The position numbers and the translations under genes were made by a program. DNA of 64,000 nt, taken from the NCBI RefSeq assembly GCF_009914755.1, contig NC_060935.1; one strand, given 5' to 3'. Position 1 is the stretch's first letter. Every line of letters begins with the position of its first letter. This stretch comes from the human T2T-CHM13v2.0 reference genome, Homo sapiens. Below, one piece after another: positions 51,433 to 64,000 of this stretch. The notes under the pieces are model-generated. The model saw only the letters and a list, made by a program, of their open reading frames with translations. It searched no databases and was not told the origin of the DNA.

Positions 51433-51857
51433 TGTAATGGGTTGAAATGTGTCCCCCTCCCAAAATTTATATTAAATCCCAACCCCCAGTGCCTCAGAAT
51501 ATATATCATTAGTTAAGATGAGGTCATACTGGAGTAGAATGGGCCCCTAATTCAATATGACTGGTGTACTTATAAAAGGAGAAATTTGGAGCCAGACACA
51601 GAGGGAGAATGCCATGTGAAGATGAGGGCAGAGATTTAGGTAATGCTTCCAGAAGCCAAGCAATGCCAAAGATGGCCAGCAAACCTCCAGAAGCTAGGAG
51701 AAAGGCATGGAACAGATTCCTCCTCACAGCCCTCAGAAGGAACCAACTCCCTGACACCCTGATCTTGGACTTCCAGCTTCCAGAACTGTGAGACAATAGT
51801 TGTTTAAGCCACCCAATTTGTGGCACTTTGTTACGGTAGCCCTAGGAAACCAATACA
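51433..51857 (+). mobile_element. MLT1 (B/C-like) MaLR solo LTR
   Basis: tgtaatgggttgaa start; cttggacttccagcttccagaactgtgaga; gccctaggaaaccaataca end. Confidence 0.88.
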
Positions 51858-53084
51858 ACGACTTCAAGGCCTGACACACTCATTGGAAAGATGACTCAAG
51901 GAGGTTGAAAGCTCTTAGGAAATCCTGCAATTACAGAAAGTTCTGACGAGGCAGGAAAAGAAAGTATCCAAAAAACCAGTATGACCACTAGGAGATGTGT
52001 ACGGTTTTCAAAAGGGAAAAAAGTGAATTTTGTAAAGTAGAATCTTTATGTTGATTCTGAACCAAATTCTAGGAATGGAGTATCAATGGACTATTCATAG
52101 TTACTTTTAAAAAAAAGCACTGATTCGTATAATAAGTCACAGCAAAATAACCATAAAACCCTTGGTGATGCAGTGAATTGTTTGAAAGACTGGCAAATAG
52201 TGGATTAAAACGATTGACAGAGATTTAGAAATATGGGCCTGGTGAGTTTTAGTGGGAAGACTCATAACCAGTATAGATGAACAGACTGATCTTTTTCTTC
52301 AGAGGGGTTTATATTATTTTGCTGTAGGTCTTTGTCCTTAGCTCTGGCTTGTTCAACATTTTTTTAAACGAAGAATCACATGAGAACAATGATCAAATGT
52401 ATGGATGACAAAAGGCTTGAAAACAGCAAATGCACTGGTAGACAGAATCAGGGTCCAAAGGTCTAAAATACCAGTCCACACCCCAAAACATGAAATTTCC
52501 TAGTTGTAACACTGCTAGTGGGTCCAAAAAGCAACCATCAAGGCCAGTGTATTTTTAAGAACAATAGCACATGTGAAGCAGACAGGGATTTCAAATGATA
52601 TTAATCTCCACATGGGTTAACCTAGTGATGGGGCTGCCCATAGCTAATGCAGTTTTAGGCTGTGAGAACACCTAGAGTGCTGGGTTCAATTCTGTGGAGT
52701 GTTCAGAGTGATAAGGATGGTGAGTGGACTACAACCATTTCAACTGGGGATATTCAGAGTTAACTAAAGGCAGGAAAAGAAAGTATCCAAAGGACCAAGA
52801 TGTGTATGGTTTTCAAAAGGGAAAAAAGTGAATTTTGTAAAAAGTGAATTTTGTAGAAAGCAAGCCTGACAAGAGTTTTTCCTGAAGGGTTTTACGTGTG
52901 GGAGAGTACACTTACTTTCTAACCTCAGAGGATAGAGCTAGGGCCAATATGTAAAAGTGGTGGTCAATATGAGAAAGCAACACATAGAGTTGCTCACAAA
53001 TGTAAGGGATTATTTTGGGGAAGAAATGAGTTTCCCATTACTGATGATGTTCAAGCAGAAACAAGATTACTTACTTAGTGTGTG

Positions 53085-53089
53085 GTGTG

Positions 53090-53126
<37 letters not shown>

Positions 53127-53162
53127 ATGTGTGTGTGTGTATGTATATATATACACACACAC
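53085..53162. repeat. Compound (TA)n(TG)n(TA)n(CA)n microsatellite at an Alu tail
   Basis: Directly visible. Confidence 0.95.
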
Positions 53163-53513
53163 TTTTGTTTATTTTTTGAGATGGAGTTTTGCTCTTGTTG
53201 CCCAGGCTGGAGTGATCTCGGCTCGTTTTGCTCTTGTTGCCCAGCAATGGTGCGATCTTGGCTCTATGCAACCTCTGCCTCCCGGTCTATGCAACCTCTG
53301 CCTCCCGGGTTCAACTGATTCTCCTGTCTCAGCCTCCTGAGTAGCTGAGACTACAGGTGTGCACCACCACGCCTGGCTAATTTTAGTATTTTTAGTAGAG
53401 ACAGGGTTTCACCATGTTGGCCAGGCTGGTCTGGAATTCCTGACCTCAGGTGATCTGCTTGCCTCAGCCTCCCAAAGTGCTGGGATTATAGGCGTGAGCC
53501 ACCGTGCCCGGCC
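53163..53513 (-). mobile_element. Alu (S-like) with two internal micro-duplications
   Basis: Reverse Alu; TSD tacttagt. Confidence 0.93.
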
Positions 53514-53622
53514 TACTTAGTATCTTTTTAAGGGAATTCATCATTATATGGGGGTGAGAGGAAGAGTCTAAGATTCTGTGACTCCATTGTGAGACAGTGG
53601 GACTTCACAGTTGAGATATCTG

Positions 53623-53923
53623 GGGCCAGGTGCTTTCTCACGCCTGTAATCCCAGCACTTTGGGAAGCCCAGGTGGGAGGACTGCTTCAGGCCAGGAGTT
53701 CAAGACCAGCCTGGGCAACATAGTAAGACTCTGTCCCAAAAAATATTTTAAAAATTTAGCTGGGAGTGGTGGCACACACCTGTAGTCTTAGCTCCTTGGG
53801 AGCTTGAGGCAGGAGGATTGCTCAAGCCCAGGAGTTGGAGGCTGCAGTTAGTTAGCTATGACAGTTCCACTGCACTCCAGCCTGGGCAACAAAGTAAGAC
53901 TCTGTCTTAAAAAAAAAAAAAAA
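53623..53923 (+). mobile_element. Alu (J-like)
   Basis: Alu consensus. Confidence 0.92.
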
Positions 53924-54500
53924 GAATCTGGTCTGGAATTTCCTCTGCAGAGTGAAAAGAATCTCACATAAACTTCCAGAGAACAAAGTGGATGACCTTT
54001 TGGAGCTTAAAAGAATGAATACTTAGCCTTTCTCTATTTCCTCATGTCAGCAGCTACCTGGATATCATGATGTCTTATCCTCCAAACCAGTATTTCAGAG
54101 GACAGGAGCAAAAATAACAGGACTTGGAGTTCCTTCGATCTGGAATCACTTCTCCTTAACTATCTATACTTCTGTGATAGATTGGTCTTTCTGCCCTGCA
54201 AATCTGGAGTATCAGGGAGTACTCCCAGGGCTGACTCATCATTTAGACATGCTCCCCTTACCTCTTAATGCTCCCAAACTTATCAATATATATGACATCA
54301 GCAATTATTATACTTCTTGTCCCACAAGGCTAAGCTCATCTGTCATCATGCTAGTAATACATTTGACCATTCATTCAGAAGAGGGTAATTAAGAACAATT
54401 TGAATCATAATTAATTGATTTAAAATATCAACTATCTAGAAAAATGCTTTCTGCTTTTAAGCTTGCATCAGTGCTCAGTTATAAAATCAATCTTACTAAC

Positions 54501-54596
54501 CTCCTTGAGCAAAGCTATTGGATGGGTTTACATCCAAATGTCCTGGCACTACCTGCTTAAGCACAGTGGACATTCTTGAAGTCCTCCTTTCAGTCC
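54501..54596 (-). CDS. SBF2: Alternative in-frame cassette exon (96 nt): (G)TERRTSRMSTVLKQVVPGHLDVNPSNSFAQG
   Basis: Long pyrimidine tract and ctgac before tttag; donor GAG|gttagt; symmetric phase 1-1; no stop codon. Confidence 0.75.
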
Positions 54597-55203
54597 CTAA
54601 AGTCAGCCAAAAAGAAGAACAAAAACCATGTTGTTTGGGTTAACATTACTCAAATGACAAAAAGTTATCTTCAGGTGTAGCATGTTTAACTGCTGCCAAA
54701 CATTGTACTTTTAAGTACCCAAAGCTTTATTAGAGATAACAAGGCAATGTTATTATTAATCAGAGATAACACACATTTGCAAGATTATAGAGAGTTAGGT
54801 TTGGCAAGTGCAATCAGAGAATTTAATGATAAATGGAGCAAGGCATGCATGGTGTTATTTTACAAGAAAAGCCACTTTCTGCTTATGTTGAGCTAATTCA
54901 AATAGCTGATTAAGCCAAAGAGACCAACTTCTCAAGTCACATGCTCCTGTGTCTAACACATTAGGGTTACCTCTACATGAACCCTTTGGGGTTCCATCAC
55001 ATGATAACTGAAACAGAATATTAGTACAAGTCTTAATGGCTTCATCCAAATCCAGTGAAAACAAATTGTACTGAAAATCATAATAGGCTGCAGATATTTT
55101 GGGAATTTCAAACTTATAAATGATGATTTTAATAAATACACATTTAACAAACATGTTCCACTTACATATTCCATGTCATAAGAATATTTTAAAGTCTATG
55201 AAA

Positions 55204-55377
55204 GATAAATATGGGAATAAAGGGTGACTTTATTTATATTTCCCACTTCCTCTCCAATTACTCTTTTGAAAAGGAAATAACTGAGCTGGGTATGATAAAT
55301 ATGGGAATAAAGGGTGACTTTATTTATATTCCCCACTTCCTCTCCAATTACTCTTTTGAAAAGGAAATAACTGAGCT
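55204..55377. repeat. Tandem duplication, 84-bp unit x2 (period 90, one mismatch)
   Basis: gataaatatgggaataaag...aactgagct at 55204-55287 and 55294-55377. Confidence 0.97.
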
Positions 55378-55515
55378 CACACCTCACACCTGTAATCTCA
55401 GTACTTTGGGAGGCTGAGGCGGGAAGACTGCTTGAGCCCAGAAGTTCGAGACCAGACTGGGCAACACAGTGAGACCCCATCTCTTAAAAAAAAGAAAATA
55501 AAACAAAAAAGAAAA
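55378..55515 (+). mobile_element. Alu monomer (FLAM-like)
   Basis: Left arm and A-rich tail. Confidence 0.88.
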
Positions 55516-55730
55516 AACTGAATCTCTAAGTTAAGTTACTATTTACTAGACATTAATAGTGGTAGATTTCTAAGTAAAAGGAGTTAAACTTATAACCCTT
55601 CAGGGTAAAACTTTTAAGAAGTCTTGGTGAAGGAACAGTACAAATAACAAATAACAGTACAAATAACCCTAGGAACAGAACTGACCTTTCATTAGAAGCT
55701 GTCAAGAAGAAAAGTATTATCAAATCTTAC

Positions 55731-55871
55731 CTGGAGATAGAGCAAAGGCTGGCCTGACAGTAAGAGTGCTGTTGCCTCTGAGTTTCTGATGGACAGAAAC
55801 AGCATTCAGTAAGGCTTGCAAGTATTTCTCTTGTTCTATGCTACTGGAAGATTCTAAAGAGGAGGTAGGAG
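55731..55871 (-). CDS. SBF2: SBF2 exon ~28 (141 nt): (A)[46 protein letters not shown]
   Basis: Acceptor ccttttatag, donor CAG|gtaaga; phase 1-1; open frame. Confidence 0.93.
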
Positions 55872-55927
55872 CTATAAAAGGAAAATATATTGAATAAAAT
55901 AAACTGTCTCTGTGTTAACAAAACAAG

Positions 55928-55962
55928 TATCTATCTATCTATCTATCTACCTATCTATCTAT
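55928..55962. repeat. (TATC)n / (GATA)n tetranucleotide STR
   Basis: About 8 units with one interruption. Confidence 0.93.
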
Positions 55963-56762
55963 GCTTATTTTTCTCTATATAGTCTACAAGTTACCACACC
56001 CAAATATAGAAACCAGCCCCACTTAAATTGCCAGTCTATTAAATGGCTAATCCTCCACTGTAATGCTGGTTTTACCACACCTACTTCTTGATTGCCTCAT
56101 TATGCTTCCAGAAAGAGCCCAGGTCTGGAAAACCAGCACAGGGCTACCCTTCCAAGCACAGATTGGGCTTGAAAGCACAGGGCATAGCTTCTCATTATCC
56201 AAGCAACTCAAAATGAAGATTCATGAACAACAACGCCTTGATGATATCCCCCAACCATCCTGACCAGGTTATTGCTTGGGAGTGGGTTCCTTTGACATCC
56301 CAGAATGGGTAGAGTTAAGAACTTTCCAATACCAGCAACTTTATTTCAATTCTGCCACACAGGCCCACCAGGGGACATGAGCCTATAAAGATTTGTAGAG
56401 GGAAGAGTGGAAGAAGATGGGGAGAAGATAGGAGCAACTACTGCCAATCCCTGGTCCTTCTAAATGAGGAGCAAAAAGTATACACAATTGTGAGAGCAAT
56501 TCTGGGTTGATGGGCATATAAGCCTGGTTTGGGTGAAGCAAAACAGAATCACTGAAATTGGCCCAGACAGTTTAAAGAGGACAGGGGATGGACTCACTAC
56601 AAGGACAACAGATATTCATAAATTTTCTTACAACTTGAATAGAAAATAAATAATTAGCATTATTGTATTTTATCAACTTTAATATGTCATCAATTCTAAG
56701 ACGCACTGTTATTTTATTGCCTAACAATAAAAACTGCTTATCAATTAAAAAACTGCCATTTA

Positions 56763-57330
<568 letters not shown>

Positions 57331-57369
57331 TCATTTTACATAACATATATGCTTGTGTTCTATTTTACT

Positions 57370-57673
57370 ATTATTTTATTTCATTTTTTTTGAGACAGGG
57401 TCTTATTCTTTCACTCAGGGTGGAGTGCAGTGGTGCAATCGTGGCTCACTATAGCCTTTACCTCATGGGCTCAAGTGATTCTCCCACCTCAGCCTCCTGA
57501 ATAGCTGGGACTCAGGCACGTGCCACCACGCCTGGCTAATTTTTGTATTTTTTTGTAGATATGGGGTTTTGCCATGTTGCCCAGGCTGGTCTTGAACTCC
57601 TGGGCGCAAGCAATCCTCCCACCTTGGCCTTCCAAGTAGCTGGGACTACAGGCATGAGCCATTGCACCTGGCC
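57370..57673 (-). mobile_element. Alu (J-like)
   Basis: Reverse Alu. Confidence 0.92.
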
Positions 57674-58449
57674 CCTTCTTATGTTCTAACATACCCACCA
57701 GGTGGCTTGGGAGCACACAGTGTTTCAGAGGAGAAATAGTAAACAGCCAATTGCCTTCAATTACACCAGTAGTGAGACTTCAAGGCAGGTGGAAGGCTGC
57801 CCTCAGTCAACCTAATGATCAAAACATTGGCTGACTTTCAAAAAGCACATGGTTGTACCTGGTGAATCACAGATTCTGAGTTTACTTCATTTCCAAAGGT
57901 GGAAGAATGCAGCCATCCCTAAATCGGATCTGATATCTTAGTGGCCTACTGTTTCATTTTTTTTGAGCATCTATTATGAGGCAGAAGCTATGAGAAAGGT
58001 CAGCAAAATACAGCTCCTGACTTCAAGACCTCAGACATGGTACTCACAAGTATCCTCAGAATATGGGACAGCTGTACTTATTATTTCGCTAGCTTCCTAA
58101 AAACCTCTTTGCTTGAAAGATCCTGAAGCAGCATTTGCAGTCATTAGTTTGCTGTCTTGTGTGTGCGTATGACTTGTAAGAGTGAGGATGGATATCTCAT
58201 ATCACATGGCACAGAAGCTCATCTTACCTCTGAAGCTGTTAAATGTATTTGGATGCTTCCCAGGAGAAAGAAAAAAGATTGGTATAACCTAGTTTCCATC
58301 TGTGAATACTCTGGTTTGCTGGAATGAAAATTGCCTAGGACCAAAGACTTTATTATATTAATTTCTATTAAAATCCAAGTACAGACCAGACATATTAAGA
58401 TGTCAAATTCAATGTGGAGCCTCACACTATCAAGTATAGTTCTTGTTTA

Positions 58450-58797
<348 letters not shown>

Positions 58798-58969
58798 TCA
58801 GAGACATAGAATAGAGAAGAGAATGATTGGGGGAAGGAACAGAGGGGAAGAAAAGGGGAAAGGAAATGAGAGAAGAGGGAGACAGAGAATATAAGAAATT
58901 GAATACTAATATCATAGTAATTTTCTAAGATTCAGAAACATATTAGTTGAAGGGTAAGATATATTTATT

Positions 58970-59115
58970 TTCTTTTTTAATTTTATTTTTATTTTTGTAG
59001 AGACAGGGTCTCACTTTGTTGTACAGGCTGGTTTCAAATTTTTGGGCTCAAGCGATCCTCCTTCCTCAGCCTCCCAAAGTGCTGGGATTATGGGCGTGAG
59101 CCATTGTGCCTGGCC
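58970..59115 (-). mobile_element. Alu monomer (FLAM-like)
   Basis: Reverse left arm. Confidence 0.88.
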
Positions 59116-59767
59116 AACATATTTCAAATATGGAACTTAGTTTCAACTTCTGAATTCTTCAGGGATTGAGAAGAAAATCCCTAGATGGTGAAAATAGCTA
59201 ACTCATCCACTGATCTGTAGTCTTTTTTGAAAAGAGCCCCATTCACTGATATTGCAGACTTCTGTTGAATAAACTTAGAAAATAAAAATATTATGTAGAA
59301 TTCTTTAAAAGGCCTCTGTTGAACTATTTCCCTTGCCTTATACATTACTTTTCCACAACTTGAAATAAAGATCGTAAGATTACCAGATTAATGTCAACTT
59401 TATGAGAATGACAAGTCAAATTGTAAACAATTCATAGATCACTGAGATGACATTAGAGAATACAGCATGCCAATATTAGACTGCCTGAGATGGTGAAAGG
59501 CTTAAAAACCAAAACCAAATTATTTTTGGCATGAGAACAATTTGTTCAAATGTCAAATGAGTTTAAATAGTTAATAACACTACATGTTGATACTTATTTT
59601 AAAAGATTAGCTTATAAAGTTACAGGATATGATGCTGGGAAAATAACATGTAAGAGTACACACAGATTAATAAATGCAAGAAGATAGGCAGGTTTCAGAG
59701 TCATTTCTTTTTTTTAGTTTAATTAGAAATATTACACAAAACAGATTTTATATTTATAACCTCCTAA

Positions 59768-60862
<1,095 letters not shown>

Positions 60863-61559
60863 TGACAGGAGGGAAAGGAAATCTAGTTTATGGTCACATA
60901 AATCATAACCTTCAACTACTTTACTGAATGCCAAATTAACTTTCCATACTTAACCAATGATAACTTGGAAGCATTCTGAAAGCCTAGGGCTTTGGTGATC
61001 TAGGAAGCTGTGGCCTGAATTTTTGTAATACCACAAACTGATGAAAAGACCAAGCTATAGACATAATCACTCATGAAGACTGAAAAGGCAGTTCCATAAT
61101 TAGGACCCTCTATCTCCACTTGAATATCAGTTTTTCCCAACTTGCTTCAAGATACAATGTGTATTAGACAGGGAAATAATGTTTAATGGTTCCAGGAGCT
61201 ACTTCAATAATCGGTAAAGAACGAGCACACTCCTTCACTCCCTGCCCCCTGTAGTGAGCCATCTCCTTCCACTGTGAATGAGCACTACACACAGACCATC
61301 CTCTGTTACATACAAGATCTATGGCTCTCTCCTGCTTCCTGACATGGGCTTGCGTGACAGCTGGAGAGCCCCTCATGCTGGGGCAAATTGTGTGAAGCCT
61401 AAAGACCAAGAGAAGCTACTCCCAGTACCAGTCTCATTTCGTAATGAAAGATATCAATTTCCCTGCCACCCATCCTAACCCACTACTCAGAGCCTTCAGC
61501 TCTGGGCTCCACAGTTAACTCTCAAGAGGTAGACTAGGCTTCAGAAGCTGTTGTGGAAA

Positions 61560-64000
61560 CTTTTTAATTCAAGCATAATTCACATACAAATGCTCAAAAC
61601 CTAGGTGATATCACTACCACCTAGGTCAAGAAATTGACCACTACAAGCATCCAAGATCTAGTATTTCCTCCAAGTCACTATTTATTCTTCTTTCTTAAAG
61701 ATTACCACTATCCTGCCTGGCATGGTGGCTTACACCTGTAATCCCAGCACTTTGGGAGGCCCAGCTGGGAGGATGGCTTGAGCCTAGGAGTTTGAGACCA
61801 GCCTGGGCAACATAGTGAGACCTCTTCTCTACAAAAATAAATAAATAAAATAAAAAGAAAATTAGACAGGTTTGGTGGCATGCGCCTAGTCCCAGCTACT
61901 CAGAAAGCTGAGGTGGAAGGATCGCCTGAGCCAGGGAGGTTGAGGCTGCAGTGAGTTGGAATCACATCACTGCACTCCAGCCTGGGAGACAGAGCAAGAC
62001 CTTGTCTCAAAAAAAAAAAAAAAAAAAAAAAAAAAAGATTACTACTATCCTGACTAACAATGTGGATGAATTTTGCTTCTTTTTGAATTCTAGATAAAGG
62101 GAATCAACAGAGTTTATTCTTTCATGTTTGGCTTCTTTTGCTCAATATTATGTTTATGAGATCCATCCGTGTTATTTGTACTCACGTGTAGTTTGTTCAT
62201 TTTCATTACTGTATTTCACTGTGTGAGTATGATACCATTTATCTATTCTCTTGTTGATTTTGAGTAGTTTCTAGTTTTTTTAATTATTAAGAATGTTGCC
62301 ATGAACATTCTTGTAGATGTCTTTTGGGAGCACATATGTATTTCTGTTAGAAATTCTACTCCACCTAAGAGGAGAATTTCTAGGAATTAGGTTATGAATA
62401 TGTTCAGTAGATGTTTAAATGTTTAGACAGCATTAGACAACTTTCCAAAGTTATTTAACCAATTTATAGTCCTTTTTACTCTCTTGATGATATCTCCTGA
62501 TATACAGAAGTTCTAAATTTATCAATTTTTTACTTTATAGATAATGTTTTTCCTATCCCAAGAAATCTTTCCCTATACCTCAAGGTCATGAAGACATTCT
62601 CTTATCTTCTAGAAGCTTTATTGTTTTAAGCTTATTTGCTTTAACCTTAATAACAAACCTATTGTTTTATTGTTTTAACCTTTTACATATAGATCTATAG
62701 GTCAATGGGAATAGGTCAAGATTAATTTTTCCCAGCATCCTTTATTGAAAAAACATCTTCTATCCACTGCTCTTAAGTGTTATTTTTATCTTAAATCAAG
62801 TATCCACATATGTTGGGGTGTTTCTGTTTAATATATTCCCTATTTTGCTCCACTGGTCCGTTTGTCCATTCTTGTGTCAGTCCTATACTGTCTTAATTAC
62901 TGTAGCTTTATAAAAACTCTTGACATCCTATAGTATTATTCTGTAAGACTATCTTGGCTACTCTGCCTTCCACATTTTTATGTAACTCTTAGAATTACCT
63001 TTTCAGTTTCCATTAACATTTTGCTGAGATTGGGACTGATTCTATAGAACAATTTCAGGAAATTCAGTTTTAGAATACTGAATATTCTAATCTAAGAACC
63101 TGAAATATCTACTTATTTAGCTCTTCAATGATCTTCAATATTGTTTTAAGTATTCCATGTAGAGGTCTTGCACTGGTTATTAGATTCATCCCTAAGTAAT
63201 GTTTTTTAGTGCTACTGTAAATAGTAGGAATAATACCAAAATAGCATCACTTTTTGAAAATTTCATTTTGTAATAATGTTTTTAGTATATATATAATTAT
63301 TGTAAATGACCTTGTACTAGTGACCTTATCAGTGACCTTGTACTAAATCCACTTAATAATTTTAAAAGTTTATTGGCAGATTCCTACAGATTTTCTACAT
63401 GTGCATTTTGGTCATCTGTGAGTAATGGCAGTTTTATTTCTTTCTTTTCAATTTTTATACCTTTTATTACTTTTCTAGTCTCTTTGCACTGCCTAAGACC
63501 TCTAGTACAACACTGAATAGAAATGGTGATAATGGGCATCCTTGTCAGGATTTCAGAGAAAAAGCTTTTAATATTTTATTTATTTCTAAGATAAGTAATT
63601 TCCTGTGTAGGATTTTTAAGACAGAAGATTAAGGAGCTACCCACTGTTCCACTGTAGACTTCTCTGAGGCCTTCAGGGCGCTACTCATGGGAGCTCATTC
63701 TTACTCTCTTTTGCTGAGAGCTTTTTTCTAAAGATCACAAATGTGACAAAAAATACAGAATTTACATAAATAAATTTACATAAATAAAACTCATAAGTGT
63801 ACTTTGCATTTGCAAAATGCTTATCTTTATATAATAAACTTCTTTTTAATTCTGTTAATGTGGTAAATTACACTGACTGATTTTCAGATGTGAAACCAGT
63901 ACTCTATTCCTACAATAAACTCCACTTGATCTTAATGAATTGCTGTGTGTAAAATAAACCTTTTGTCATTATCAACCATCCTTTCTTACTGCTTTTAAAG
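61560..64000 (-). mobile_element. Old L1 (L1M) fragment(s)
   Basis: T-rich antisense L1 motifs (tggcttcttttgctcaatatta, gtcttaattactgtagcttta, gggcatccttgtc). Confidence 0.85.
61715..62036 (+). mobile_element. Alu (J-like)
   Basis: TSD aaagattac(c/t)actatcctg. Confidence 0.94.

Noticed and set aside
55204-55377. Repeat-spacer-repeat pattern suggestive of a CRISPR array
   Set aside because: Only two long units with a 6-bp spacer in human intronic DNA; no cas genes
55196-55480. ORFs with an internally repeated peptide
   Set aside because: By-product of the 84-bp tandem duplication plus the Alu monomer

Overview
Human (primate) genomic DNA, very rich in Alu, L1, LTR and MIR repeats. It contains the 3' third of SBF2 (MTMR13, myotubularin-related pseudophosphatase, the CMT4B2 gene) on the minus strand. 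I traced 14 GT-AG coding exons by hand with continuous splice phase (2095 nt, 58795 down to the TGA at 6798). They encode the rest of the catalytically dead phosphatase domain ([10 protein letters not shown] in place of VHCSDGWDRT), a coiled coil, the PH domain and the C-terminus ...ISDA. A ~1.75 kb 3'UTR ends near AATAAA at 5063-5068. Exon numbers 27-40 assume a 1849-aa, 40-exon reference recalled from memory. The plus strand probably carries the 3' part of lncRNA SBF2-AS1, antisense to exons 31-32 and plausibly ending at an L1-derived poly(A) signal. I find no prokaryotic-type or wholly new system. The most interesting unexplained structure is a cluster of extra exons in intron 28: two in-frame phase-1 cassettes (96 and 75 nt) and a frameshifting 35-nt candidate, two of them with exonic RBFOX motifs. 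Other observations are tandem donors, closely spaced inverted Alus, local duplications and 3'UTR motifs. Almost all supplied ORFs are Alu/L1-derived or chance. Repeat subfamily names and repeat boundaries are by eye and approximate.
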